IMG/VR virus record: IMGVR_UViG_3300050003_000007
Span: 1-43,094 of that record
Reading direction: 5' to 3' (one strand)
Length of the DNA stretch: 43,094 bases
Source of the DNA: a virus
Taxonomy: Duplodnaviria > Caudoviricetes
Position 1 is the stretch's first letter. The number at the start of each line of letters is the position of its first letter. The position numbers were made by a program, and so were the translations under genes. Shown here piece by piece: positions 7,059-16,652 of this stretch. The notes under the pieces are model-generated. The model made no database searches, was not told the DNA's origin, and saw only the letters and a program-made list of their open reading frames with translations.

Positions 7059-7681
7059 TAGGCGTCCGTTCTGGGCAAGTTTCCTGAATTGATGGCGTAC
7101 TGATCGAGCTGCAGCTCTGCGGCGCCGAACACGTACTTCTGACCCGTGTTGTCCAGTTCGACCTCGTAACCCGCGGTGCCGTCCCCGCGGTCCACGTTCT
7201 CCACGACCACCTTGCCGTAATCACCCGTGTCTTCGATCTGAACGTGGTCGCCCACGCTGAAGGTCTTCTCGAAACTGCCGTCCGCATAGGTCATCTGAGC
7301 GACCGCGGGCATACCGCTGATGTCACGCAGAGCCCGACTGTGTGCACTGGAGTTCTCGAATTCGAAGGTGTGCTGGAACAGACCGTCCCGATAGACGTGG
7401 ATTTCTCCACGAAGAGGAACGATCCAGTCCATCAGCCGAACGAACACCTCACTCGGGTCGCGAACCTCGGCGCTGCCGTTCTCGAAACGATCGGCACTGA
7501 AGTAGAAGTACGGTCGCCCCTGCGCGTCGTAGAAGATCTCCTCCTCGAACTCGAGCGAGAGTTTGCCGATGTTCTGTGGCGTCACCTGGATGGCCTGGGT
7601 TCGGATGTTCTTGGGGTCGTATCGAACCCAGTGGGGGTTCAGGTGGGACAGGTTGAGAGATTCGGCGTTGAACGTCTTCAT
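7058..7681 (-). CDS. Hypothetical protein with C-terminal KOW/SH3-like domain
   Basis: Start MKTFNAE with GAAGGA RBS; FSVGDHVQIEDTGDYGKVV. Confidence 0.7.
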   Translation of the reverse strand: MKTFNAESLNLSHLNPHWVRYDPKNIRTQAIQVTPQNIGKLSLEFEEEIFYDAQGRPYFYFSADRFENGSAEVRDPSEVFVRLMDWIVPLRGEIHVYRDGLFQHTFEFENSSAHSRALRDISGMPAVAQMTYADGSFEKTFSVGDHVQIEDTGDYGKVVVENVDRGDGTAGYEVELDNTGQKYVFGAAELQLDQYAINSGNLPRTDA

Positions 7682-7818
7682 GTGTCCTTCTTTGTGAGTT
7701 GTGCTTTCATGCAGGGCCATCAGGGTGGCCATAGCAGTCCGCCGAGCCACGTGCTCAAGTGCGTACATACTCACCACCCCGATGGCCGCTCCGCGTGCGA
7801 GCCGCAGAAGAAGGTGCA

Positions 7819-8466
7819 CTACACCAGCTTCATGTAGGTCTGGGGGTCCTTCTCGGCGATCTCCAGTGCCTCGGGGGGCACGACCGCGAAAGTACCCTCC
7901 GGCTGCTGGTCGCTGACGACCACGTCGAGATCCTGCACACGCAGGTTCTCCGGGCTCGACACAGTCAGCTGCTCGGAACCCGGGACGACCTCGGTTTCCC
8001 AGGGGGTGAGCTCCTCGAACGAGGCCTCGAACTGGGCGGGCTTGTAGGACCGGAAGCTGCCCTTGAGCTCCACGACCCAGCAGCCCAGCGCCGCCACGAA
8101 GTCCTTGCCGCGGTTCTCGCCCTGGCCCTTGAGGCGGATGACCGGCAGGTCGGTGGTGGTCCCCATCATCTTCGTCGGCACCTGCTCGATGGTGCCCTTG
8201 CACCACTCGGCGACCTCCTCGATGTTCTGCAGGGTCACCTGGACCGCGGCGACGGGGAAGGGCCTGCGGGTGTACTGCTTGGTTTCCATCGTTCCTCTTC
8301 TCGGATTGAACTTCACGAGCTTGTAATTGTAAAACCAGCAGGTTTCATCATCCTCGATGAACTCTACCTGAGACATCATTTTTTCTTCGCTGACACGTTT
8401 GACGAAGCCGGTACAGCCAGCCCAGCCTCCAAGAGTAACTCTGACCCAGTCGCCGACTTCGATCAT
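7819..8466 (-). CDS. Hypothetical protein (N-terminal KOW-like module; probable second start at 8289)
   Basis: IEVGDWVRVTLGGWAGCTGFV; METKQYTRRPFPVAAVQVT preceded by its own RBS. Confidence 0.65.
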   Translation of the reverse strand: MIEVGDWVRVTLGGWAGCTGFVKRVSEEKMMSQVEFIEDDETCWFYNYKLVKFNPRRGTMETKQYTRRPFPVAAVQVTLQNIEEVAEWCKGTIEQVPTKMMGTTTDLPVIRLKGQGENRGKDFVAALGCWVVELKGSFRSYKPAQFEASFEELTPWETEVVPGSEQLTVSSPENLRVQDLDVVVSDQQPEGTFAVVPPEALEIAEKDPQTYMKLV

Positions 8467-8467
8467 T

Positions 8468-8695
8468 CTAGCTACCTTCTTTCGTACCCCTGTCAATTCG
8501 AAATGTTCCGTCGTGCCCACGAATCACCGTGTCGCCGACCTGTGCGCGTTTCACTTCGCCGCCCACAAGAACGTTGACGCCGGGGGTGGTCAAGTCATGC
8601 TCCAGCGCATTGTGCTGCATCACGGCTCGACCACCACACCATTCGGCGATCTCATCCGCATTGAGCGGCGTGAGCATCCTCGCCTCTTCGGACAT
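8468..8695 (-). CDS. Hypothetical protein, paralogue of the two downstream genes
   Basis: LTPLNADEIAEWCGG...AQVGDTVI; TGATG coupling. Confidence 0.7.
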   Translation of the reverse strand: MSEEARMLTPLNADEIAEWCGGRAVMQHNALEHDLTTPGVNVLVGGEVKRAQVGDTVIRGHDGTFRIDRGTKEGS

Positions 8696-9231
8696 CAGGT
8701 CAGCTCGTATTCGCCCTCGACGATCATGGGATCGTCAGATGACGCCTCGAGAGCACGCTGGTCCTTCTTGTTGTCCTCCACGAAGGCGGTCCACTTGGCC
8801 TGCAAGTAGTCCTCCTCGATCTTGACGTAGAGAGCCTGCAGATACGCCTTTGTGCCGGCTTTTCCATTGACGCTCCAGTCGTACGGATTCAGCGTGCAGT
8901 CGGCCGTCTCGATGTCCACCCAGTCGAGCATCTCCACCTCGTCCTCGGTGAGGTAGGTCATGCTCTTCGAAGTGACCATGCAGATCTTCGGTGGCCTGTT
9001 CTTGTACGAGACCGCCACCTGGATGTAAGGCTGTGGTTCGTCGCCCTCATCCCTGGGTCGGAGGTACTTGACATTCCAACCGTCCCGGAGCATTTTGTCC
9101 GCTTCTTCCGGGGACAGAATGATCGCGAAGTTCCGATCACCCTGACGGTTGTACATGTCCTCCTTGCCGGCGAAGTTGCGAAACGCGATTGTGATGTCTT
9201 CGAGCGTTATGTTGCGATCGTTCTTCGCCAT
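8695..9231 (-). CDS. Putative single-stranded DNA-binding protein
   Basis: FRNFAG...RNFAI...PY-x-W-x-VNGK-x-G-x-KAYL, acidic tail, located after the polymerase. Confidence 0.7.
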   Translation of the reverse strand: MAKNDRNITLEDITIAFRNFAGKEDMYNRQGDRNFAIILSPEEADKMLRDGWNVKYLRPRDEGDEPQPYIQVAVSYKNRPPKICMVTSKSMTYLTEDEVEMLDWVDIETADCTLNPYDWSVNGKAGTKAYLQALYVKIEEDYLQAKWTAFVEDNKKDQRALEASSDDPMIVEGEYELT

Positions 9232-9326
9232 CAGTCTTCCTCCCAGTCAACGTCACCTTCGACGACCAGGTCTTCGACTTCTTGTCGGAGTTCCTCTTCT
9301 TCCGAACTTGATCCTTGTTTGTCCAT
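9231..9326 (-). CDS. 31-aa highly acidic micro-protein
   Basis: MDKQGSSSEEEELRQEVEDLVVEGDVDWEED; TGATG overlaps at both ends. Confidence 0.55.
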   Translation of the reverse strand: MDKQGSSSEEEELRQEVEDLVVEGDVDWEED

Positions 9327-9439
9327 CAGTCGTCCGACTGTGTGATGGTGGTCTCGCGTCCCGCGTCGCCCTGCAGTGTGTTGATGTCCGCGATGAGATC
9401 GTGAACCTCGACCGCGTCGTTGTCACGTGGTTGACTCAC
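9326..9439 (-). CDS. 37-aa acidic micro-protein
   Basis: MSQPRDNDAVEVHDLIADINTLQGDAGRETTITQSDD; AAGGAGG RBS, GTG start. Confidence 0.55.
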   Translation of the reverse strand: MSQPRDNDAVEVHDLIADINTLQGDAGRETTITQSDD

Positions 9440-9683
9440 GGTCGTCCTCCTTGGGGTATTCGTCGTCGATCTCGGGGACGTACTTCACGCCGGCCACCTG
9501 CGCCAACGATGGCCCTTCTTTTGCCTCGGTCTCCACCGTCTCGAGAAGCGCGGTGAAGTCCTCGAACATCTTGATGGCGCTGACCAGGTTGACGTTCAGC
9601 GTCTCGTGGATCTTGACCATCTTCCGCAGTTCGTAGTAGATGCCCTCCAGGGCTTTTGCCTGCCTGTCCTCAGCTGCCGGCAT
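9423..9683 (-). CDS. Hypothetical helical protein
   Basis: 86-aa ORF, GAGGAG RBS, tiles with its neighbours. Confidence 0.7.
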   Translation of the reverse strand: MPAAEDRQAKALEGIYYELRKMVKIHETLNVNLVSAIKMFEDFTALLETVETEAKEGPSLAQVAGVKYVPEIDDEYPKEDDRESTT

Positions 9684-9870
9684 CGGGCTCCTCCTCCGTG
9701 ATCTTGGTGATGGTCCCCTTGACCTGGTTGCCGCCGAGCATCTTGATGATGCCGGCGTAGGTGACGGTCATCTCGATCACCGGGTTTCCGTTGGGGACCT
9801 GCTCGATCTTCGCGGTGCCGACCTCGACCTTGTTCGCTCCCTCGCCTACGATGAGACGAACCTGCTTCAT
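9670..9870 (-). CDS. Hypothetical protein
   Basis: 66-aa ORF, AAGGAG RBS. Confidence 0.7.
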   Translation of the reverse strand: MKQVRLIVGEGANKVEVGTAKIEQVPNGNPVIEMTVTYAGIIKMLGGNQVKGTITKITEEEPDAGS

Positions 9871-9873
9871 GTG

Positions 9874-10074
9874 TTACTCCTTGTCCAAGCTGAATGTCTC
9901 GGCGGATGTGAGACTGAATTGAGAGTAATCCACCGAGAACAACTCTTTGTTGGCTTCCGGATCCTCGATCAAGACGCGGATGATTTCGTAGTTTGTGGAT
10001 CCTTCTTCGAGCTTGATTTGCGCTTTACCGACGAGTTTTCCGTCGAAGCGCAGTTCCACCCATCGAGTTGTCAT
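9874..10074 (-). CDS. Hypothetical protein
   Basis: 66-aa ORF, ATGA overlap with the polymerase stop. Confidence 0.7.
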   Translation of the reverse strand: MTTRWVELRFDGKLVGKAQIKLEEGSTNYEIIRVLIEDPEANKELFSVDYSQFSLTSAETFSLDKE

Positions 10075-13000
10075 GACACGAACTCCTCGAATGATCCGAA
10101 TTTCTCGATGGTTGCCTTGGCTTCATCGACCAGCTTCTCGAAGTAGCTGTGGTCGATCTCGATGTCGACACCCATGTGTTTGGCCATGTCGGACTCGATC
10201 CACCAATAACCCTTGGTGCCGGCGACGGCGTATTCCTTGTCCTCGAACTTACGGACCAGTTGTCCGCCAATGCCCGAAGATTCGGTGACCGGTACGAACC
10301 TGCCCGTCCTACCCACGAAGTGTGGCCCGGTAGGGAAGTTCAACACCATGTGACCTTTGGCGACCTGCTTGGTCTCGGCCAGATCCTGCCGCAGAATCAC
10401 GTCACCCGAGAATAACGTCTTGAAAACGTACGGAACCTTGAACTGAGTTCCGACAGCCGTCCAGTCGACGTCATTCCCATTGCTGGTCTTCGCGATGTAC
10501 ACCGCATCGTTCACGAGACAGAACTTCTGATATGTGCTCTCGTGTTCGAAGGTGTAGCCGTACTTCTCGCCGTACTCGAACACCAAGTCGATGATCTCGT
10601 CATCAGCATCGGCGATCTTAATTGAGTCCGTTTTGATGTGTACGACCTTGTAGCCCATGTCCTGAACATACTGCTTGAGCTGGATCATGAACAACGCACC
10701 ACGCTTGGCAGCGATGTTGTCCTTGTTCCGCTTGTCACGGAATGGGCTGTCGAACGTGGCCGAGGTCAATCCGTACACGATGTTGATCACGATCTTCAAC
10801 GCATACGAGAGAGCCTTGGCTGTGCCTTCGTCTTTCAGGTACGGTTCCAGCTTCCCGTCCAGCATCTTTCGAGCAGACGTGTAGTCCTGATGTTTGATCG
10901 CCAGTCTGGCGTCCATCAGACCCTTGAAGTTCTGCGTGTACCTGTCGCCGAACATGTTGAGCTTGATGAGCGATGTCGGGTGCATCGAGGCAACGTCCAA
11001 TAGTGCGACGTTGTGGTGGATCCCCGGTTCGGCGTAAACGTAACCGCCTTCTCCGACTTCTTCACCCATGAACGTGGACTTCCCGGCGTCGAACACGTAA
11101 CCGGGAAATTCCTCGGACAGATCGGTGTAGATAAACGAGGACTGTGGATTTCTGTCGCCCTCGAAGATGATCTGTGCTGTGTGCTTGGCCGTCGGGTCAT
11201 TGACCGTCAAGCCACTGAGCTCTGCGAGAATCTGCCGAGCGACGAAGTCCTGCTCGCGGTCCTCGAACGTAGCCTCAGTCGCGTTGACATCGTTGACGCA
11301 GTACTCGACCACCTTGGGCCAGAGTTCTTCTGGAACTGGCTGATCCCACGGATGATCCATCTCCATGTGTGGGAGATCCAGCTCGATCTCGAACTTCTTG
11401 AGAGACTGTTTCTTGCTGGAGAAATCCCAGATGTCCGTATACGACAAGCTGTACGCCGCGGCGAACGACGCACCATTCCTGTTGTTCATCAGTCGTTGAC
11501 TCAACTCGTAAAGCTGCTGGTTGTTGTAGCCCATGTAGCGACCGTAGATGATGTGGTTGTCGTACCTACGGTTGTTGAAGCCCACCAGCTTGAGCTTCAT
11601 TATCATCTCCATATCTTGCGGAGATGGGTTGATCATCCTGACAACGTTGTCAGAACCTTGATATTTCCAGCAGACGACGAAGAGGTTGGGGAACACTTCG
11701 ACGTCGAAGAAGGCAATGACCTGGTCGTCCTCGTATGGCTGACGCGGCGCGGGAATTCCTCCGGGAACTTCGTCGGAGTTGAATCGCATTCGCTGAACCA
11801 CTTTGAGGCAGGCCATGGCTTGGTTGGTGCTGTTGTTGGCGAAGGCGACGACCTTGGGGCGCAGATCGGTAACGTCGTAGGTAAGGCCGGATGCGTATGC
11901 GTCCTCAAGAATCTTCGCAATAAAATCAATTGATGGTTTCGTACCGGGGTGTATTTCCTTTCGAAAATTGCGCGCGATAAGGTCACGAAGACCTTTTTCA
12001 CTCCGGACGGTATCTGCCGAGAGCACTTTGGACTTCTCCTTGATGGGAAGGCCACTGTTGATGGTGGCAACGGGAACGGTATTGCACTTGGTGAGTCGCC
12101 GACGGAGCGAAGCCTTTCCAGTGAATACCTTGATTTCAATTCCCTCGGAGTAGAGACGAGAGAGCTGAGTGACATCGCCGTCGTAATTGTAGTGAAGGTG
12201 AACACCCTCGCCAGATTTTGAAAGCTCAGCGTACGTTGGTGGCCAAAGAGAGGCGGCCTCCAGATTCCTGGCGAGTGCCTTCCCACCATTAGCTCCCTTC
12301 AGATCAAAATCGATCACGATATGTTGTTCCGGAACACGAACATAGTGTTCCTTGTGGGTGTCAATTTCTTTCAGTGTGGTCGTTACTTTGGCCCACGGTA
12401 GCGCCGGCGTGCCAGCGTCATTCGATTCCTGAGCGAGCTCATCAGCCAAGAGTTCGTCAAGAAGAGATACTTTGTCCTCGATGACAACCGAGAACACCTC
12501 TTCTTTAATATTGGTAGGGGTTTTGAATTGCGTAGCGTTAAAACCCGAGAAGTAGTTTCGAACTGATTGTCCATCGATCTCGGTCCGATCTTTGAACTCA
12601 TTGAAATAGTTCTTGAGCTCTTCTCTGAATTTGTATTGCGGAAGCGGCTTATCAATTCCTGATGTGTTGCAGTATTCTTTGTACAGTTCGTACGCCTGTT
12701 TTAGCGTGGCGCCGTCCTGATATTTGAACACGTCGTACGTGGCCTCGACGAAGTTGAAGATAATGTCTGTCTGGAACATCATCTCAGTTGGTCGATAGTC
12801 ACTGTAGTAATTTCTACCCAAAGTCCGATAAACCTCGAGGCAGTGATACGCGATCGCACCCAGCTCGAAATCAATACGGCTGATAAGGGTGTTGTACAGG
12901 TTCTGGGGAATCAGGACACCTGTCGGGTGAATATCGATCAGACGACGAATAATACCCGATTTGGCGTCCGAGATCTTCACCGGTTTGTTCGAACCGACAA

Positions 13001-13808
13001 ACAGCAGTGCATTCACACGGCCTGTATAGCTCGGTTTGTACTTCTCGTTCATTCGCATATCTTCGTGCGACACGATGGAGTTCAATACAGTGTTGTCGTC
13101 GATCCTCGAAAGATCGCCATCGTGTTGAATCGCCACCAGGGGATTCATCTTGAACGCCTCGGTCGCGAAGGAGTTGTTCGCGGAACCCAACGCCTTCGCT
13201 TCGAAGGTCGCTGTGTATCCTTCGAAGAGCTTCTGCACGATCGATATGACCGTACCTTTCCCACTCCCAGGTTTCCCGTAGAACACGAAGAACTTCTGGA
13301 TCTTCTTCGAGTCCCCGGATACGATCGAGCCAATTGCCCACTCGATCTTCCTCCTTTCCTCTACCGAGTAGAGTGTCCCCACCAACTCGTCCCACGATGA
13401 GTGATCGCCAGGTTCCAACGAGTACGGAAGGCGACGACTAACGTAATCCGATCGTTTTACCTTCTGATCCGCGAAGGTCAGACTCTCGTCAAGCTGGTGA
13501 GCATTGTCACTGATGTTGGCGATCAGATGACGGTAGTTGATCCAGGATTTGCTGCGGAAATTCCTCATCGTCATGATGCTGACATTGGAATTCGGCATCT
13601 TCTGCGCGACGTAGTCCTGCATTTCCTTATCAACAATTCGAGCAACATCGTATTCATCGGTGGACCACAGTCCAGCTTCCTCGTCCCAGATGGCATAAAA
13701 CGTACGTCCTCGCACCATCAGGTCTCTGGATTTTCCTACTATGAAGTTGGGGGAGAGAACAAGACTTCCGTCTTTTTTCTCGTCGACCTGCATGTTGTAG
13801 AAGTCCAC
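10071..13808 (-). CDS. Fused SF3-type helicase / primase-polymerase / family B DNA polymerase
   Basis: Walker A FYGKPGSGKGT; AEP motifs VIDFD and SKSGEGVHLHY; exonuclease FFDVE, GFNNRRYD, YCVND; PolB motifs DVASMHP, KIVINIVYG, HIKTDS. Confidence 0.88.
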   Translation of the reverse strand: MDFYNMQVDEKKDGSLVLSPNFIVGKSRDLMVRGRTFYAIWDEEAGLWSTDEYDVARIVDKEMQDYVAQKMPNSNVSIMTMRNFRSKSWINYRHLIANISDNAHQLDESLTFADQKVKRSDYVSRRLPYSLEPGDHSSWDELVGTLYSVEERRKIEWAIGSIVSGDSKKIQKFFVFYGKPGSGKGTVISIVQKLFEGYTATFEAKALGSANNSFATEAFKMNPLVAIQHDGDLSRIDDNTVLNSIVSHEDMRMNEKYKPSYTGRVNALLFVGSNKPVKISDAKSGIIRRLIDIHPTGVLIPQNLYNTLISRIDFELGAIAYHCLEVYRTLGRNYYSDYRPTEMMFQTDIIFNFVEATYDVFKYQDGATLKQAYELYKEYCNTSGIDKPLPQYKFREELKNYFNEFKDRTEIDGQSVRNYFSGFNATQFKTPTNIKEEVFSVVIEDKVSLLDELLADELAQESNDAGTPALPWAKVTTTLKEIDTHKEHYVRVPEQHIVIDFDLKGANGGKALARNLEAASLWPPTYAELSKSGEGVHLHYNYDGDVTQLSRLYSEGIEIKVFTGKASLRRRLTKCNTVPVATINSGLPIKEKSKVLSADTVRSEKGLRDLIARNFRKEIHPGTKPSIDFIAKILEDAYASGLTYDVTDLRPKVVAFANNSTNQAMACLKVVQRMRFNSDEVPGGIPAPRQPYEDDQVIAFFDVEVFPNLFVVCWKYQGSDNVVRMINPSPQDMEMIMKLKLVGFNNRRYDNHIIYGRYMGYNNQQLYELSQRLMNNRNGASFAAAYSLSYTDIWDFSSKKQSLKKFEIELDLPHMEMDHPWDQPVPEELWPKVVEYCVNDVNATEATFEDREQDFVARQILAELSGLTVNDPTAKHTAQIIFEGDRNPQSSFIYTDLSEEFPGYVFDAGKSTFMGEEVGEGGYVYAEPGIHHNVALLDVASMHPTSLIKLNMFGDRYTQNFKGLMDARLAIKHQDYTSARKMLDGKLEPYLKDEGTAKALSYALKIVINIVYGLTSATFDSPFRDKRNKDNIAAKRGALFMIQLKQYVQDMGYKVVHIKTDSIKIADADDEIIDLVFEYGEKYGYTFEHESTYQKFCLVNDAVYIAKTSNGNDVDWTAVGTQFKVPYVFKTLFSGDVILRQDLAETKQVAKGHMVLNFPTGPHFVGRTGRFVPVTESSGIGGQLVRKFEDKEYAVAGTKGYWWIESDMAKHMGVDIEIDHSYFEKLVDEAKATIEKFGSFEEFVS

Positions 13809-13817
13809 TAAGCCCCC

Positions 13818-14345
13818 TTATCCATCTTGTAGGAGATATTCGCTGAGCTGACGCCAAATTTCGACCTTGGTTTGGTCGTTGTCAGTGTATCTGAGGGGAA
13901 ACAATCCCCCATTACCGTTCGCATCGTACGTCCGCCATATAACTGCGGAGGTACGATCGTCAATATCTTGCTCGAGAAATCTACTTCTGTCGTTGTGACC
14001 CAGAAGCCCCAAGTTCCCGATGAGATGCCAGAACCAAAACACAGAATCTTGTTCGGTCTGGAATTCCAGTCTCCGAGAAAGACCGATCAACATCTCCAGG
14101 AACGAGCAACCAAGCGACGCCCAATGCTTGTCCACATCGACATCCACGGATGACGCCCATTCAAACCGAAGCTCCCGACCATCCTCAGCTCTGTTGTCGT
14201 CGTTCGGAACGAACCAAGCAAACTCGGTGCAGAACAGTTTCCTTAGTAAATTCCAGTACGTACGAGGGCCTTTCCGGGTCTTGACGTCCGCTACTTGACT
14301 GTACAGCCAGTAAAAGTATTGGTCGTCAAGAGTCCCGGTGGGCAC
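13818..14345 (-). CDS. Conserved phage hypothetical protein
   Basis: 175-aa ORF (DDNRAEDG, LEMLIGLS, GGLFP, EIWRQ) immediately upstream of the polymerase. Confidence 0.8.
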   Translation of the reverse strand: MPTGTLDDQYFYWLYSQVADVKTRKGPRTYWNLLRKLFCTEFAWFVPNDDNRAEDGRELRFEWASSVDVDVDKHWASLGCSFLEMLIGLSRRLEFQTEQDSVFWFWHLIGNLGLLGHNDRSRFLEQDIDDRTSAVIWRTYDANGNGGLFPLRYTDNDQTKVEIWRQLSEYLLQDG

Positions 14346-15046
14346 TATGGCCTCTGACGACCGCTCGGAAGTTCAGGGCCTTCCGGATCGATGCCGTTCA
14401 CTTCCTTCGCGTACGAGCTGGGGTTCAAGCAGACTTCGAACTCCATCTGCAGTCGCCCATTTCGAATGTGCAGAACGTTCGGATCGCTCGAATTCACGCC
14501 GAATTGTTGTAGGTTCTGCAACCCGACAGTCGCGTCGACATCCTCGATCAGATCATCCCGCTCGTCGGCCAGGGCGCCATCCTCCTTGTAGTACGTCAGG
14601 ACAGCCTGTACGTACTCGGAGTCGTTTGCCATGAACCAGTCTTGCGGGATGATGTGCGGCTTCTCGTTGAACAGGTTGTGTTCGTCCTGTGCAGGAGGCG
14701 GAGCGATTTCCGCCTCGACGGCCAGAGTCTCTTCGGGATCGTCGTCCGGGTCGTAATTGGTCTTGACGATCTTGTGGTACTCGACCCTGCCGTTGGCTCT
14801 TTCGGCAGGGCTTTCTTCGTCGGGCTCTTCCACCGGCGGTTCTCCTCGAATGAGGTCCGCAGCCGCCTCCTGCGGAGTGGAGTAGGGTTTCTTGACGTTG
14901 CGGTAGAAGATACGCATCTCTGCCGTCTCCCGCTCGAGACGCTCGTCGAATTGCGCAGCCAACCGCTTTTCTGCGACTTTGTAACCGATCCCGAATCCGA
15001 CCGCCAAACTACCGACAGCAGTCGCAATCAAAAGGGGCTTTGTCAT
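14345..15046 (-). CDS. Hypothetical protein with N-terminal membrane anchor
   Basis: LLIATAVGSLAVGFGIGY followed by coiled and acidic domains. Confidence 0.8.
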   Translation of the reverse strand: MTKPLLIATAVGSLAVGFGIGYKVAEKRLAAQFDERLERETAEMRIFYRNVKKPYSTPQEAAADLIRGEPPVEEPDEESPAERANGRVEYHKIVKTNYDPDDDPEETLAVEAEIAPPPAQDEHNLFNEKPHIIPQDWFMANDSEYVQAVLTYYKEDGALADERDDLIEDVDATVGLQNLQQFGVNSSDPNVLHIRNGRLQMEFEVCLNPSSYAKEVNGIDPEGPELPSGRQRP

Positions 15047-15056
15047 CCTTACCCCT

Positions 15057-15956
15057 TCAGATCTTCTCGAAGATCAACCCGTCGACGTTGAAGTCGAGGA
15101 GGATCGAGTACTCGCGACCGTTGACGAAGTCTCGCACCCGCGGGTTGCTGAGATCGTCGAAGATGCCGAAGTCGACGAAGCCGTCACCGTTGCCATCCAG
15201 CACCCAACCGACAACCTGGCCCTCCCTGGACCGCGGAAGACCCAGCGCGTCGTAGACCTCGTTGAGGAACAGATGACCGCGGGCCCTGAGCTTGTCGTTG
15301 GCGTAGGTCTGCTGACACTGCAAGAAGATCCGGTTGAGCTCCGGGTTCCGGTTCCAGTCGTTGCAGTACTCGTCGAAGAACCGCGCGTACTTGGACGGAC
15401 CTTCGCTGGAGTCCACGCGTGTGTGCTTGACGTTCTTCTTCTTACCGTCCTCGCCCTCGACCGTCTCGGTCACGATCTCGGTGCCGTACCGGAAGTCTCG
15501 GTCAGCGTCGGAACCCAGCTGTTCCACGACCCGCTGACGGTACTTCTCGAAGGCCTGGTCGACCGATGCGTAGGCCGCGGTCAGCGATGCGTTCCGACGG
15601 TTCAGGGTCACGTGCGAACCCGTCAGCAGTGCGACGGACAGCGCACCCAGACCCACGGCCGGCGCGTACAGCTTCGTGACGTTCAGCGCACTCCTGACCT
15701 TGATGACGGTGAGGTCACGCTTGTACTTGTTCTTGTTGTATTCCTCGTCGGTGGCCGCGGTCTCGCGGGCCAGGTGCTGCAGCTTCTCGCTCTCCTCGAG
15801 CGTGTCGCTCAGCTTGAGCGTGGCTCGGCACGCCAGGACGGTCGACGCGACTGCCGCAACGACGCCGGCACCGAACATGACCTGTGGGGACTGCTTCTGC
15901 AGGTGGAGGAGTGGGCGACCCAGCTTGTTGGTCACGGCCTCGGGGATGAGTTTCAT
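15057..15956 (-). CDS. DUF6353-like phage protein
   Basis: SPQVMFGAGVV hydrophobic N-terminus; LxAAY; FLNEVYDALG...GQVVGW; LDFNVDG. Confidence 0.7.
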   Translation of the reverse strand: MKLIPEAVTNKLGRPLLHLQKQSPQVMFGAGVVAAVASTVLACRATLKLSDTLEESEKLQHLARETAATDEEYNKNKYKRDLTVIKVRSALNVTKLYAPAVGLGALSVALLTGSHVTLNRRNASLTAAYASVDQAFEKYRQRVVEQLGSDADRDFRYGTEIVTETVEGEDGKKKNVKHTRVDSSEGPSKYARFFDEYCNDWNRNPELNRIFLQCQQTYANDKLRARGHLFLNEVYDALGLPRSREGQVVGWVLDGNGDGFVDFGIFDDLSNPRVRDFVNGREYSILLDFNVDGLIFEKI

Positions 15957-15965
15957 TCTTGTTCC

Positions 15966-16604
15966 TTACTGATCCAGTGAAACGGTTTTGGGCAACACGA
16001 GGATGTATCCGTCTCGCACACGACGAACTTCCGAACTCTGCAAGTCCGTCCATCCCCATTTGCGATCGGTATAACTCGATGACAGACCGACGAGACTGTA
16101 GAGGTCCGCCACGGTGACCGCATCATAGTCTCGCAGAAGGTCGTACATTCGATCGATGACCAGTTCTGCTTCCGGCCGAGTCGCCAGAAGAATGTCATCG
16201 ATGTCCTGCGTCCTGACAGACGCAGCCGGTCGTCGGTCTTCGACACCTTGGCGACCGATCGGGTTGTTACCCCGCACCGCGTAGCGCGTGTAGTTCGTCG
16301 GACCGGGTCCCGTGGGGTGTCGAGTTCCCGTACGACGACCTGGCCGAGCTTCACCGTAAATCAGTTTCTCGAAGCCCGAACTCACAGCCTCGACAAACAT
16401 CTCTTTGGCTTGGGGCATCAGGACGTCCGAGAATACGTAGCTGATGACCGTCTTGGTGTCTCCTCCGATGAACACTTCCCGGAATCGCCGACCGAGCGAT
16501 TTCTTCCTCGAAGTGACCTCACCGGTGACGACCTGCTCCACGACGCGTTCGGGTTCAGGCTTGGGTGGTTGGGAGTTCTTGGAATTGCTCGGGAACTCGG
16601 TCAT
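15966..16604 (-). CDS. Hypothetical protein
   Basis: 212 aa; PSNS N-terminus; VADLYSLVG...WGW C-terminal domain. Confidence 0.8.
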   Translation of the reverse strand: MTEFPSNSKNSQPPKPEPERVVEQVVTGEVTSRKKSLGRRFREVFIGGDTKTVISYVFSDVLMPQAKEMFVEAVSSGFEKLIYGEARPGRRTGTRHPTGPGPTNYTRYAVRGNNPIGRQGVEDRRPAASVRTQDIDDILLATRPEAELVIDRMYDLLRDYDAVTVADLYSLVGLSSSYTDRKWGWTDLQSSEVRRVRDGYILVLPKTVSLDQ

Positions 16605-16620
16605 GGTCCTCTTTCCTTGG

Positions 16621-16652
16621 AAAACCTAAACCCCTTGTCGGGGTTTTCGGTT
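16621..16652 (-). terminator. Intrinsic terminator (repeat family)
   Basis: AACCGAAAACCCC-GACAA-GGGGTTTAGGTTTT directly after the stop; near-identical to 19067-19097. Confidence 0.75.

Noticed and set aside
7682-8206. Long N-terminal extension of the 382-aa track ORF (similar over-extended starts at 17744, 19872, 21589, 39533)
   Set aside because: The extensions overlap better-supported genes or terminators; downstream starts have clear RBSs
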